This document shows, piece after piece, positions 32,140 to 44,487 of a DNA stretch of 64,000 bases; the stretch's first letter is position 1, and each line of letters starts with the position of its first letter. The position numbers and the translations under genes were made by a program. Below the pieces are notes generated by a model. It made no database searches. It saw only the letters and a list, made by a program, of their open reading frames with translations, and was not told the origin of the DNA. This DNA is from an uncultured Actinomycetes bacterium (GTDB lineage Bacteria > Actinomycetota > UBA4738 > HRBIN12): positions 35,097-99,096 of the forward strand of contig CAVTGO010000016.1 of assembly GCA_963734275.1 (NCBI GenBank), given 5' to 3'.

Positions 32140-35100
32140 TCAAACCTCGCCCGGCGGGCAGCTCGGCTCGTGGAGGTACTGCCGGCACTCTTGGTCGGTG
32201 AGAACCCGGCTGGCTCCGGCTCGAGCCCTGGCGAGGAGGTCCTCGATGTCGAGGAAGAACACTCGCAATGTTCCGTTGGCCGCCGTCGCCGCCAGGCGCG
32301 AGCCGTCGGGGCTGAAGCCGACGTCGAACCCGGGGCCGCCGGCACCGCCCTGATCCTGTCGCGCGACCGTGACGAGCTCCCTGCCGGCGACCGGGATCCC
32401 ACAGCCGAACGCTTCCGTCCTCCGAGGCCGACGCGAGCAGGTGGCCGCTCGGCGCGAACGAGAGGTCCCAGATGTGACCGAGGTTGCCGCTCATCGTGGA
32501 CACGAGCCGGCCGGTGCTCGGGTTCCAGGTCGTGATGCGACCGTCGAGCCCGCCGGCCGAGATGAGTCTCCCGTCGGCGCTGAATGCGACTGCGTACTGG
32601 GCGATCTCGGCGTGCAACTCAGCCGTGGGCTCTCCGGTCACCGTGTTCCAGATCGTGATGGTCGCTGACTCCGTTACCGAATCGGCCGTTTGCGTCGTCG
32701 CCAGGAGGGATCCGTCGGGCGAAAGCGCGAGCGACTGCCCACCCCGGGGCATGGACACGATCTGATCGCCCGTCTCTGCGTCCCACACCGCCGTCGTACC
32801 CGCGTCGGACGTGGTCGCGAGTGTTGTCCCGTCGACCCATGCCAGATCGAAGAACGGTCCGCCCTCGAGACCCTCGACCTCGAGGACGGACTCGCCGCTC
32901 TGGGCGTCCCAGACCGCGATCGCGCCGCGCTCACCCGATGCGGCGAGTCGTTGCCCGTCGGGGCTGAAGGCGACCGCCCACACCCTGGCCGGCATCGTGA
33001 CGGTCCGGATCGTCTCTCCGCTCGCAGCGTCATAGACCTGGACGGCTCCGTCGTCGCCGCCGATCGCGAGCCGGCTGCCATCGGGTGAGAAGCCGAATCC
33101 CGCCGTGCCGAGAACCGTGAGCGCCTCCGCGGCCCCGAGCCGTCCGACGTCCCACACCTGGACCACGCCGTCCTCGCTCGCGGTCGCGAGCCTCGTCCCG
33201 TCGGGCGTGAACTTCATGCTCTGCACGACGGATCCGTGCGCGTTCAGCGTCATCGACGGCACGGCGACGCCGCGATCGAGGTCCCACACGCGGACGGTCC
33301 CGTCGCTGAATCCGCCTGCGAGCCTGGTCCCCTCCTCGCCGAGCTCGACGTCGTACGGGAAGCCCGCCACCCCGGGGGCGAGCGTGAGGACGTTGTCCCC
33401 GGTGTCGGCGTCCCAGACGGAGAGGTTCCCGTTGAACTGCGCGGTGGCCACCAGGGCGCCGTCGGTGCTCCACGACACGTCGGTCACGGCCTCCGCATCG
33501 ACGCAGAAGGCATCCGGGCCGCCCTCGGGCAGGCGCCATTCGCCGACGCACGAGCCGAGCCACAGCCGCTCGCCGTCGGGTGAGAACGCCGGCGATCCGT
33601 CGAAGGGGATCCGCGCGACCTCGCCGCCGTCGTCGGTGCTCCAGATCCGCATCGTGCCGTCGAACAGGCCGACGACGACGACGGAGCCGTCGGGCGAGAA
33701 CTCGGCCTGGCAGCAGACGACCTCTCCGCCCGGGTCGGCGAGCGTGAACAATGGGTCGCCGGTCTCGGCGTCCCAGATACGGACCGTCCCCTCACCGCGG
33801 CTGGAGGTCGAGATGAACCGGCCGTCCGGGCTGAAGTTCGCGTGGGCCAGCGGCTCGTCGCCGTGCCCTTCGAACGTCATGGACGACCTCGCCGGTCGTC
33901 GCGTCGAAGACGAGCGCGGTGCCGGGTTCGCTCGACGGCGATGAGGATGCGCGACCCGTCGGCGCTGTACCGCACCACCCCGAGGCCCGGGAGCGACATC
34001 ACCAGCCGGTCCTCCTGGACGGCTCGATGCAACGCCTCCTCGGCCTCGGGCAGAACGGTGCCGTCGGTCGTCCGGGTCGTCTCGACGGCCTCGATCGCGA
34101 GCAGGAGGCTCCGCTCGACGTCGTCGTCGAGACTCGCCGTCGCCGCGGCGGCGAGCTCGCGCGCCTGGGCGATCCGGGACTCGCGGGCCGCGCGGTCGCT
34201 CTGGCGCTTGGCGACGAGGGTGAGTCCGGCGGCGACGAGCGCCGCGACGGCGAACACCGCGACGAGGGCTCGCAGGCGCTTGACCGAGCGGCGTTCGAGC
34301 GAGCGCTCGTGCGACAGCCGCATGCGTTCGGCCTCGAGCTCCTCGTCGCGGCGGGCGACGCTCGCGCGCAGGAACCCCTCGTCGGCGGGGGACAGGGCGA
34401 CGCTCGCCGTCTCGGCCCACGTGGCCGTCTGCTCGAGACGCGCCCCTCGGAGCAGGAAGCTCTCGTCGCCCGCGGCCGCGGTCCACGCGGACGCGGAGGC
34501 GGACAGGGCATTGCGCGTTCGCAGGTCGTCGCGAGCCTCGTCGATCCAGCCGCGGAAACGTGCCCAGGCGAGGAGGAGCGCCTCGTGGGCGATCTCGACC
34601 GTCGGCTCGCGCGTGACCGGATCGCGGTCGAACGAGAGCAGGCGGTGCCGGCCGAACGTCTCGATGACACCCTGCGTCGTGCCCGGGCTCTCGTCGAGAA
34701 CGAGCTCGGACCGGCGGACGCGCCGGCGCGTGTCCTCCCCACCTTCGCCGAGCGTCACGAGGCGCAGGAACAGCTGGCGGCACTCGTCGCGGGCGGCGGG
34801 ACCGAGCTCGGCGAAGATCTGCTCGGCCCGGCGGGCGAGCGCTCCGGACACGCCGCCGATCTCCTGGTAGCGGTCGAGGGTCAGCCGGCCGCCCTCGGGC
34901 CGCTCCGCGAGCTCGGTCAGCGCGTACTGCAGCAGCGGCAGGGCTCCGGGTCGATCCGTCACATCGGCGATCATCGCGGCGACCAGCCCCGGCTCGAGCT
35001 CGAGGCCGGAACGCTCCGCGGGCCCCGCGATCGCGCGCTCGAGCTGGGCCGGTGACATCGGCGTGATCGCCTCGGATCGGGCTGCGAGCAGCTCTCCGAA

Positions 35101-37236
35101 GCCGAGGATCGACAGCGGCTGATCGAAGAAGTCGGCGCGGAGCGTCGCGATCACGCGGACGCGGCTCGCCGGATCCTCGGCGGCGGCGACGATGCCCTCG
35201 AGCAGGTGCGTGCGTTCCGCGTCGTCGACGAGGGTGAAGACCTCCTCGAGCTGGTCGAGCACGATCACCAGCTCGGCGTCCGGGTCGGGCAGGATGCGTT
35301 CCACCGCGCGAACCAGGCCGTGTTCGTCGCGCTCGAGGTCCTCGAGCAGCGACGGCGGCGGCTCGACCGCGACGCCGAGGAGGGCGCTCTCCAGCTCGCG
35401 CATCGGGTGTGCGCCCGGCATCAGGTCGACCACGAACCACCGTTCCGAACCCTCGATCGCGCCGCGGCGGAGCGCCGGCACGAGCCCGGCGCGGACGACG
35501 GACGACTTGCCGGAGCCGGAGGGGCCGATCACGCAGAGGAACCTGGCGTCCGCCGATGGCTCGGCGAGCCGCTCGATCAGGCGGCGGACGACGACCTCGC
35601 GTCCGAAGAAATCGCCGGCGTCGGGCTCGAGGAACGCGCGCAGTCCCTTGTAGGGGTTCCGGAGGTCGGCGGCCACGAGCGACGAGCCGCGCCGCCCCTC
35701 GATCGCCGCGTGGAAGGCGGTCGCCAGCTCGAGCACATCGGCGAAGCGATCCTCGGCGTTCTTCGCGGTGGCCTTCGCGATGACGGCATCTGCTGCCGCC
35801 GGCAGCTCGGGGCGGGACTCTCGCACCGAGGGGAGGGGCTGCTGTAGGTGTTGGTCGAGCAGGACGTTCAGCGACGTCCCGGGGAAGGGGTGCTCGCCCG
35901 TCAGCGTCTCGAACAGCACGACCCCGAGCGCGTATACGTCGGAGCGAGGCGTGGCCGGTTCCAGGCGGATCTGCTCCGGCGACAGGTAGGCCGGCGTTCC
36001 TCGGACCATCATGCCGGTCGTCTGCTCGGGCGCCCCGGCGTCGAGCGCGACGCCGAAGTCGGTGAGGTACGCGTTCCCCTCCTCGTCGAGCAGCACGTTC
36101 CCGGGCTTCACGTCTCGGTGCACGACGCCTTGGCGATGGGCGGCGGCGAGGCCCGCCGCCACGTGATCGAGGATCTCGCTCGCGCGCTCGAGGTCGAGGG
36201 GGCCGCGCTCGAGCAGGTCCTCGAGGCTGCCGCCGCGCAGGAACCGCATGATCAGGTACGCGGCGTCGGGCTCGCGCCAGTAGTCGTAGAGCGGGACGAT
36301 GTGCGGGTGTTCGAGCCGCGCGACGAGCTGCGCCTCGCGCTCGAACCGGCGGACGAAGTCGGGCTGGTTCGCGAGCTCGGGATGGATCGACTTCACGGCG
36401 ACCTCGCGGCCGACCTGCGGCTGGATCGCTCGGAAGACGACGCCGAACGCGCCCTCGCCGATCTGCTCGAGCAGGCGATAGCCGCGGAGGGCCTCGCCGC
36501 GGAGCTCGAGGTCGGGATCCTGCCGGAGGATCCGCTCGTGCAGGCGCTGCAGCTCGGGTGACGGATCCACGCCGAGCTCCTCGGACAGGAGCTCGCGGGC
36601 GCGACCGAAGGCGGCGAGCGCATCCGCCTGCCGGCCCGATCGGTAGAGCGCGAGCATCAGCTGCTCCCACAGCCGTTCCCGCAAGGGGGAGGTGCGGACG
36701 AGCGACTCGAGCTCGCCGACGACCTGCTGGTGCAGTCCCGCCGCGACGTCGGCGACCAGCCGGTCCTCCAGCGCCGAGAGCCTGAGCTCCTCCAGGCGTG
36801 CGATCTCGCCGGCGAGCGACGGTTCCTCCGCGAGGTCGGCGAAGGCGGGGCCGCGCCAGAGCGCGAGGGCCTCGCGGAGCAGCACCGAGGCGCGATCGAC
36901 CTCGCCGTCCGCGCCACGCGCCTCCCCGAGCAGCTCCTCGAACCGGGCGGCGTCCAGTTCCCGAGGCTCGAGGTGAAGGACGTAGCCCGGGCTCCGTCCC
37001 TCGATGCGCTCAGCGCCGAGCGCCTTGCGCAGATGGGAGACGTAGCTCTGGAGCGTGTTGCGTGCCGCGTCGGGCGGCTCCTCGCCCCAGATCTCGTCGA
37101 TCAGGGCGTCGGCCGGCACGACCCGGTTCGCACGGACGATCAGGTGCGCGAGGACGGCGCGCTGCTTCGGGCCGCCGAGGGCGACCGGCCCGTCCGGGCC
37201 GTCCACCTCGAGTGGACCGAGCACCCCGAAGCGCAT
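32140..37236 (-). CDS. SARP (wHTH+BTAD) - Ser/Thr kinase - STAND NTPase - TM - WD40 protein, about 3 frameshifts
   Basis: MRFGVLGPL, LMLALYRSGRQADAL, HRDVKPGN/DFG, NPYKGLRAF, GPSGSGKSS, LDQLEE, WD40 repeats, CRQYLH; frameshifts near 33930, 33880 and 32390. Confidence 0.85.
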
Positions 37237-37381
37237 CTGGGGACCGTACGCCTCGCCGCCGCGGGTGGGAAGGCGGCTCCGTCGTCGCGACGTGTAGGTG
37301 TCGTCGAGCATGCCGTGGATCGTCGCCGGGGTCGCGTGGAAAACGCTTGAAGGCCAGGTCAGGGGGCGCTTCGAGGGACGA

Positions 37382-37882
37382 TCACGCCGGACGGTGATCG
37401 CCGGTTGCCCCGTCGATGAGCTCTCGCAGGATGTCCATGTGTCCCGTGTGGCGAGCGGTCTCCTCGATCATGTGGATCAGCACCCAGCGCATCGAGACCG
37501 TCTCGCCGGACCATGCGGTGCCGACGTCGTCCGGGTCGAGCTCGTCGATCGCCCGGTCGGCCGCGGCTCTGGCCCGGCCGTAGTACGCCAAGATCTCGGC
37601 GGCCGTCTCCTCCGGCCCGGCGCGCATGTCCGCATCCGGGTCGTCCTCGTCGAACGGGATCGACTCGCTCTCCCGGCCGAACGTGTCGCAGAACCAGCCG
37701 TACTCCACGCTCCCGAGATGCTTCACGAGGCCGAGCAGGTTCGTCCCCGAGGGAGTCATCTGCCGTCGCAGCTCCTCGTCCGACAGACCGTCGACCTTCC
37801 AGAGCACCACGTCGCGATGCCGGTCGAGGCTGAAGCGAAGGCTCTCCTTCTCCCCACCGGTCAGGGGCCCTGGTCGTCCCAC
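37382..37882 (-). CDS. DinB family protein (DUF664-like)
   Basis: GLVKHLGSVEYGWF, HMIEETARHTGHMDILRE. Confidence 0.9.
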   Translation of the reverse strand: MGRPGPLTGGEKESLRFSLDRHRDVVLWKVDGLSDEELRRQMTPSGTNLLGLVKHLGSVEYGWFCDTFGRESESIPFDEDDPDADMRAGPEETAAEILAYYGRARAAADRAIDELDPDDVGTAWSGETVSMRWVLIHMIEETARHTGHMDILRELIDGATGDHRPA

Positions 37883-37960
37883 GCGCGGACCCTAGCATCC
37901 CGATCCGCGGCGCAGATCCAGGTTCACCCGTCGAGCGTGCCGTCCTCCTCGCGACGGCGG

Positions 37961-38542
37961 TCAGCCGAACGGGATCTCCTCGAGTCGTGTGACGTGGGTG
38001 AGGTCCTCGTCGAGCCCGAAGATGTCAACGCCGTCGAAACGGCCGGTGTAGTCGAGCTGCAGCGCCTCGGCCTCCTGCCGGGCTTCGTCGAAGCGGGTGC
38101 GGTCGAACGCCCTCGGCCGGAGCTCGAGCGGGTCGCGGGTGTCGTGCTCTTCCGCGAAGTGACCGAGTCCCACGTGAGGCACGTACGGCTGTTCCGTCCA
38201 CAGGTAGGGAAGGAGGATGCCTGTGTAGAGCGCGTCGTGAAGCGCGATGACCTCGTCTCGTCCTTCCGCGACGGCGAGGAACAGCCAGTGGTCCCACGAC
38301 TTGTCGAGACCTCTCAGCCGGATATCGAAGGCACGCGTTCCCGACACCACGTCGCGAACGTGCTCCCGGAAGGCATCGCCGCCGATCGCCGCCGGGACCG
38401 GGAAGACCAGTGTGAGGTGCGGCTCGATGAGATGAGCGGTCGGGTAATGGACCCGCCGGAATGATCCGATCGGCTCCGCGGGGAGCCACGGCAGGCTGTT
38501 CGCCACGGCGAAGAAGTCGATCCGGTCCGAAGCTCCGGCCAT
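37961..38542 (-). CDS. 2H phosphoesterase (2'-5' RNA ligase family)
   Basis: Two 2H motifs PHLTL and PHVGL; start uncertain. Confidence 0.75.
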   Translation of the reverse strand: MAGASDRIDFFAVANSLPWLPAEPIGSFRRVHYPTAHLIEPHLTLVFPVPAAIGGDAFREHVRDVVSGTRAFDIRLRGLDKSWDHWLFLAVAEGRDEVIALHDALYTGILLPYLWTEQPYVPHVGLGHFAEEHDTRDPLELRPRAFDRTRFDEARQEAEALQLDYTGRFDGVDIFGLDEDLTHVTRLEEIPFG

Positions 38543-38663
38543 CTCGGAAGTGTGTCGTCCGACCCACACGAGCACAACTTCCTGGGACGTTCGCTCACGC
38601 TCGCTCCGGCCGGCGCCGCGCTGGGTCCTGACAGCCGGCCTCTCGCCGTAGATAATCCGGCCC

Positions 38664-40079
38664 ATGGCCTCGGCGACGGTTCCTTCTGGGGAGGGCGTCC
38701 GGCTCGACCCGCACGCCGTCGACGAACTCGCAAGGACCCTCCGCGGCGAGCTGGTTCGTCCCGGTGACGGCAGCTACGAGGAGCACCGGAGGATCTGGAA
38801 CGGGTCGATCGACCGGCGCCCGGCGCTCATCGCCCGCTGCGCGGGAGCGGCGGACGTGGTCGCCGCGATCGGGTTCGCGAGGACGAACGGTCTCCCGATC
38901 GCGGTCCGAGGTGGAGGTCACAGCTTCCCCGGGTACTCCGTCTGCGACGACGGGATGGTCATCGATCTGTCCCCGATGAAGGGGATCCGGGTCGACCCCG
39001 TCGCCCGTACGGTTCGCGCGCAGGCGGGGGTGCTCCTCGGGGAGCTCGACCGCGAGACGCAGGCGTTCGGGCTCGCCGTCCCGGCGGGGATCGTGACGCA
39101 CACGGGGCTCTCGGGGCTGACGCTCGGCGGCGGGATCGGCATGCTGATGAGGAAGCACGGCCTCACCGTCGACAACCTCATCTCGGCGGACGTCATCACG
39201 GCCGACGGGGAATTCGTGCGAGCGAGCGACGACGAGAACCCCGATCTCTTCTGGGGGCTGCGCGGCGGAGGCGGCAACTTCGGCATCGTCACGGGATTCG
39301 AGTTCCGGCTCCAGGAAGTGGGACCGATCGTCGTCGGCGGCCCGTTGTTCTGGCCGATGGCGGAATCCCCGAAGGTCCTTCGATTCCATCGGGAATGGGT
39401 CGCCGACGCGCCCGACGAACTGCTGACGATCGTCGTGCACCGGAAGGCTCCTCCGGCTCCCTTCGTTCCGCAGGAGCTGCACGGGCAGCCGGTGGTCGGT
39501 GTGGTGTGCTGCTACTGCGGATCGGTCGAGGACGGAGAGAAGGTCGTCCGACCTCTCAAGGAGTTCGGCTCGCCCGTGCTCGACCTGTGCGAACCGAGGC
39601 CCTTCGTCGAACTGCAGGGGTTGTTCAACCCCTCCTTCCCGCCCGGATGGTGGTACTACATCCGCGCCTGCGACGTCGCGCAGCTGAGCGATGAAGTCAT
39701 CGACATCACCGTGGATCATTCATCTCGGTTCAGGTCGCCACTCACCGGCTCCGTCATCTGGCAGCGCGGAGGCGCGGTGGCCCGGGTCGGCGAAGACGAG
39801 ACCGCCTTCGGTGGGCGCGATGCCGGATACACCTTCAATATCGGCGCCGTGACCACGACGGCAGAAGGATTCGATGAGGAACGAGCGTGGGCGCGTGATT
39901 TCTGGTCCGCCCTCCTGCCGCATCAGACGAGCGTCTACGTGAACTTCCTGATGGAAGAGGGCGAGGCGCGAGTCCAGCAAGCCTACGGAGCCGAGAAGTA
40001 CGAGCGACTGAGGACGCTCAAAGGCAAGTACGACCCGGACAACGTCTTCCGGCTCAACCAGAACATCCCGCCAGCTTAG
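38664..40079 (+). CDS. FAD-binding oxidoreductase (BBE domain)
   Basis: RGGGHS, GLTLGGG, LFWGLRGGGGNFG, YVNF, KYDPDNVFRLNQNI. Confidence 0.95.
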   Translation: MASATVPSGEGVRLDPHAVDELARTLRGELVRPGDGSYEEHRRIWNGSIDRRPALIARCAGAADVVAAIGFARTNGLPIAVRGGGHSFPGYSVCDDGMVIDLSPMKGIRVDPVARTVRAQAGVLLGELDRETQAFGLAVPAGIVTHTGLSGLTLGGGIGMLMRKHGLTVDNLISADVITADGEFVRASDDENPDLFWGLRGGGGNFGIVTGFEFRLQEVGPIVVGGPLFWPMAESPKVLRFHREWVADAPDELLTIVVHRKAPPAPFVPQELHGQPVVGVVCCYCGSVEDGEKVVRPLKEFGSPVLDLCEPRPFVELQGLFNPSFPPGWWYYIRACDVAQLSDEVIDITVDHSSRFRSPLTGSVIWQRGGAVARVGEDETAFGGRDAGYTFNIGAVTTTAEGFDEERAWARDFWSALLPHQTSVYVNFLMEEGEARVQQAYGAEKYERLRTLKGKYDPDNVFRLNQNIPPA

Positions 40080-40409
40080 GAGAGCATAGGCTCCTTCCCA
40101 GCCCGATGGTGCGCTACCAGTTGTATCCAGTCATCCTTGGTGATCTGGGGCTGACGAATGCGACGATTTTCAGCTGCCGGTTCATATGCCTGGGCGCTCC
40201 AGCACGGAACAATGGATCGGTTCATGCGGTGGCATCGTGTGAATTTGGGCGGCGATTTGCAACGCGGTTCGGAAACGCCCAGGTCAGAAGGTGTGCCGGA
40301 TGCACCACCATGAATACGTTGTTACTAGGATCCCTGAAGCGCCTCGCCCCTCCTCGAGGTTGCGCTCCGACCCAACGGAGACGAGAATCCTCGCGGGGAG
40401 GTGTTGATC

Positions 40410-40773
40410 ATGGCCGATCGAAAAGAAGTTCAAGGTTCCCGACGAGTCGAAGGACGCACTCACGCCCACGTGAGCTTCCTGTAGGGGAACGAAAGGGTGG
40501 GCAGGAAACACCGGCTGATGCGCCCTTGATCCCGGTCGTGACAGCCCCCGCCGACGAAGACCGCCGCCTCCTGCCCAACCCGAAAAGGCAAGCGACGATG
40601 ACGCCGGATGAATCGGGAGACTCCCCGGAGGAAGTCGAGCTCACAACGCCAACCAGCCCGGACACTATCCCGTTGGGCGGTCAAGAAACCCCCAAGGACG
40701 CCCCTGGAATCCCAGTTGTGAGACGCCGGGAGAGCCCCCGCCTCCCGCGAAGGAAACGGCACGGGAGTACTAG
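40410..40773 (+). CDS. short Pro/acidic peptide ORF(s) carrying two GGQETPxDAPxIPVV motifs (frameshifted)
   Basis: RBS GGGGAGGTG + ATG 40410, second ATG 40598; motif copies at 40496-40540 and 40676-40720 differ mostly at synonymous positions. Confidence 0.5.
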
Positions 40774-40776
40774 CGA

Positions 40777-41580
40777 ATGCCCGACACGCTTCTGGGGCTC
40801 GTCCTCTTCTCGTGTTGCTGGCTCCGGGAATCTGCTTCGTACTCGTTCGCGAGGCGAGGGTTCCTCAACGGGAATTGTCTGCACTGAGGGAGACGGCAGC
40901 CGTTGTGCTCGTCAGCTTCGCAGCAGATAGCATCGTTCTTCTACTGTTCGGATGGTTTCGTACATCGAAGTCGGGTTGAACACACTCCCGATCCATCCCT
41001 ATTCATTCAAGCGCCCACCACCTACATCCGCGCCCATTGCCTTCGTGGGTCTATGGGGACTGGGCCTATTGATCCTGGCGCGCTGGCCTCGCGCTGGGAG
41101 CTGCCCTGCTGCCGGTTCTCGATAGGTTTCGGCTCGGACCGATCGGATTCGCATCGGCTTGGTACAGACTGTTCCACGCCGAAGGCACAGAGAAATATTG
41201 CGGCTGCTTCCGACGACGAATCGTGGGTGGGCGGATTCGTCTCTTCGTACAGCACCGAGGTGGAGGAAACGGGCGATCGAGAAATCGTGTTGTCCGCCCC
41301 CATCCGGTTCCGGGCGAAGGGGCAAACTGAAGCAAGCGTATTGCCGAACGTCAGCGCCTTCGTCGTAAGCGCCAATCACATTGTCGGCATGCAAGTGTCA
41401 TTGCTCCCGGTAGCAGACTGGCAGCCGCTCTGCGGACTAGCTAGAAGGCTGCACGGTGCACGGACCCGAATCAGGCGTTGCCGAGCTTCCCGCGTCGGGC
41501 CGGCACAGGCTTGGGGGCCTCCAGCCCGAAGCGCCGAATCTCCCTCTCAGGGGTTGGGGGCCTCTCCCGCGCCCCGCTAG
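40777..41580 (+). CDS. DUF6338-like membrane protein (frameshifted)
   Basis: Across frameshifts: MPDTLLGLVLF..LLAPGICF..RELSALRETA, then DDESWVGGFVSSYSTEVEETGDREIVLSAP; 3' end uncertain. Confidence 0.6.
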
Positions 41581-42327
41581 CTGTTCCGGATTGGACGGGC
41601 GGTCTATCGGCACTGGGGGCAGATCGTTCCATTGAACCTAGCGCCGTTGCGTCGGTCGCTCTCTCGTGTGACACTGGTCTCGTGGTCGCGCTCACGGTCC
41701 TCGGGTTCCTGGCATGGGCGGGTGCTCTCCTCCTCAGCATCGCGCTCGTCGGTCTCATCCTTTGGCTGGTCTTGCACGGCGAGGGGCCTGGCGATCCGTT
41801 CGAGTTCTGAAGCGACCTTAGACGTCGTATCCATCCGGTGTCGAATGGCCTGGCCGTGGACGTCTTCCGCTCTGCCTGAGATCCACAATGCGGCGTCGAG
41901 CCTGCTCCGACCGGCGGCTCGCGGCGCGAATCGCGGTCCCCGTCCCGACGCTACGTGACTGGCTCCACGGCCGGGCCACGCCAAGACCTCGGGAATTGCA
42001 GCGGGTCGTGCGACTCCTCGCCCTCTAGCGCGAAGCTCTCGCGTGGGCATACGTTCGCTCATGGATCTGGTTGCCGGCCCTGGCAGGCAATGGTGGAGGT
42101 GCTCGCTACCTCCCCGGAGGTGCGGAAGTAGATGCTCACCGTCATGATGGGGGAGGATGAGGAGCGCGCCGCCTTGATCGGTGAACTGTGGGCAATGAGA
42201 GCTCCCACCCCGTGGCCGAACCTGATCGACTGCGAGGAAGATGGGGTGCTCCGAGGGTTCGTCGTCGGGATGCTGCGTGAGTCGGAGCGGCGGTAAGGCA
42301 CGTCAGGTTTGACCTCTCACCCGGCGA

Positions 42328-42718
42328 GTGCCACGCTTCCGCAACATGCATCTGACGAAGACCATCTCGATGGCGTCCTCCGACGAGGATGCGATCGCGA
42401 AGGTCCGTCACGCGATGCTTCGACTCGGCTGGGACGTCCAGGCAACGGCCCCCAAGTGGGTCAAGGCCATCTCCGGCGACTGGTGGGAGAAGAAGGTCGA
42501 AGTCGAGGCGATTGCGGGATCGGGGGCCGTTACGCTCGATGCCGAGCCTGTTGCCGCCCTTCCCATCGGGCTCGGCCTGGCGTGTGATGATCGAAAGGGC
42601 GATGGACGAGCTTCTCGCCGCGGTCGGTGGCACACCCGAGGCGGATCCCGTGGAGGCCGTCAAAGTACCCCTTGAACAGCAGAAGGTCGATCTGGAAACG
42701 ATGGCAGCGCCTAATTGA
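42328..42718 (+). CDS. hypothetical protein (frameshifted)
   Basis: Two overlapping coding-like frames (MPRFRNMHLTKT.../ ...VMIERAMDELLAAV). Confidence 0.35.
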
Positions 42719-43373
42719 CATGGCCGACGCGAAAGCACCATTACCAGCAAGAGTTCCGCAGGAGGACAAGCTGGCCTTGGGTACCCGTTGCCGCTGCTGC
42801 TGGCGCGGTTGCCTTGTGGGTGGTGAAGGAATATGCGGGGCATCTCGTCGTGCTTGGTGGAGATATCAACAAGCTTGCAGGGAAAATTGTTGGTCCTGGA
42901 GAGCGAGGAGAGGAACCCGGCTGCGATAAAGGGACGCCTCGAGTACGACGCTTCCTCTTGAACAGAATGATTGTTCGTTTCAATGATGGAACTTCAGCAA
43001 TGGCTCCGGGAGGAATACCAGCCGCACGGGTGAACCCCAGGCTCCTCCAAGCGTTAACCCGGATCGCTGGAAGATCGCGCAGAGAAGGTTGCGGACAACC
43101 CAGCTTTCTCTGATCGCGAACGCTTGGCAGCGACAACGTTCGTCAAGGGGTTGCGTCTCCGAAGAGAAGGCCAGGATCCCACGGGCTTCCGAGATCGCTT
43201 CGATGACGAAGCTATCTCCCGACTTCCTTTCTTAAGAACGTCCGCCCCCAACTCCGGACCTACTCCGAGGGTAGTCCTGGTTCCACGGTGAAGAATGAAG
43301 TCAAGCCGCTCAAGATGTGAGTTCGAGCTCCCTTTGCCGTGCGATCCTGGTCTTCAACCGTCATGCTGGTGAC

Positions 43374-44320
43374 ATGCCCAAACGCAGCAATCTCTTCCAA
43401 GACGTAGTTGCTCTCATCCATACGCACATGGCTAGAGGAGCAACGGTCGAAGAGTCAGCAATGCTCGTCAACCGAGTATCCGCCAAGCCACGAGAGGTCG
43501 ATGTCGTCATCCGGGCCGCGACGGCAGGCCACGAGGTGACCGTTGCGGTGGAGGCTCGAGCTTCTGGCCGACGAGCAGATGCCAGTTGGGTAGAGAGCAT
43601 GCTCGGCAAGCATGCGGATCTACCCACAGACAAGCTCGTTCTCGGTCTCAGGCTGGCTTCACGAGCCAGGCGCGGAGGTTGGCAGAGGAGAAGGGCGCCG
43701 TCGCATTGGAGCCTTCGGACCTTAAAGGAAACGATCCCGCCGGACGCATTGTCAATCGCTTGAAGTCGATCTGGCCGAAGATTGTTTCTTTGACCCCGGA
43801 GCGGTTTCAGGTGACAGTCGAACGACCGGAAGGAGAAGGGCGGTTCCAAGCACCTGCGGACCTGTGGTTTTTCCGGCAGGACGGAAGAGAGCTCGGAATT
43901 CTGGCGAACTTCTTCAAAGCCCACGTGCAGGGGTCGTTTGAGAAGTTGATGGAGGACATCGGCCTTCGCGACTTACCTGAAACGATTGATCGCTTCTTCA
44001 CCCTCGAGATGGGGAGTCCGGTTGTGATCCTGGATGGCGTTCGGCATCTCCTGTTCGTGCAATATGAGGAAGCGGAAGGGGGACCAGAGCTGCATCTGGT
44101 GACCCATGTCCGGGTTGTAGGAAAGGCGCACATCGATGTCGCAGAGGTGGTTCTGTCGCATCATCGACTAGGCGATGTGATCTATTCTCAGGGAACGTCG
44201 ATCATCGGCGGAAGACACACCCTCCTTGTGGCCACGGAGGACGAAGAGGGCGGCCAAGTGTCTCTTCGCTTCGGCGAAGAGGCGGCCGACGGGATATCCC
44301 CAAGCACCCGGACAAGTAAC
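43374..44320 (+). CDS. Mrr-like PD-(D/E)XK restriction endonuclease-domain protein (frameshift near 43645)
   Basis: MPKRSNLFQDVV...REVDVVI...AVEAR...ADASWVE...KLVL/..GFTSQARRLA; 3' end uncertain. Confidence 0.65.
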
Positions 44321-44436
44321 TGCACCCCCAAGCTGGACAGGCCTATCCGCCATTTCTCACGGGGTTGGCGAACGTTGTTGCGACCAACAACCCCTTGTCA
44401 GCATGGTCTTCCAACGACGAGTGTGGGCTGCAAACG

Positions 44437-44466
44437 ACTAGGCCCCGGGTTGCCCCGGGGCCTAGT
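44437..44466 (-). terminator. intrinsic terminator downstream of the peptide gene
   Basis: Perfect 13-bp stem ACTAGGCCCCGGG/CCCGGGGCCTAGT; loop reads GCAA (GNRA) on the minus strand, followed by CGTTTG. Confidence 0.75.
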
Positions 44467-44487
44467 GAACGATCTCAGAGGTTGTAC

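Noticed and set aside
33870-33940. Programmed frameshifting in STAND, kinase or cyclase genes
   Set aside because: No slippery sites; indels are scattered across many unrelated genes, pointing to consensus errors
31847-36670. 1607-aa ORF as a separate gene
   Set aside because: Only its middle part is the WD40 frame of the frameshifted STAND gene; the rest is out-of-frame read-through
40090-40140. tRNA-like CTGGTAGCGCAC (minus strand) at the island edge
   Set aside because: No T-arm or acceptor stem; cannot fold as a tRNA
41600-43310. Several short ORFs in the island (membrane mini-ORF, 42061-42296, 42720-43300)
   Set aside because: Broken by stops and indels with no recognisable motifs; cannot assign products
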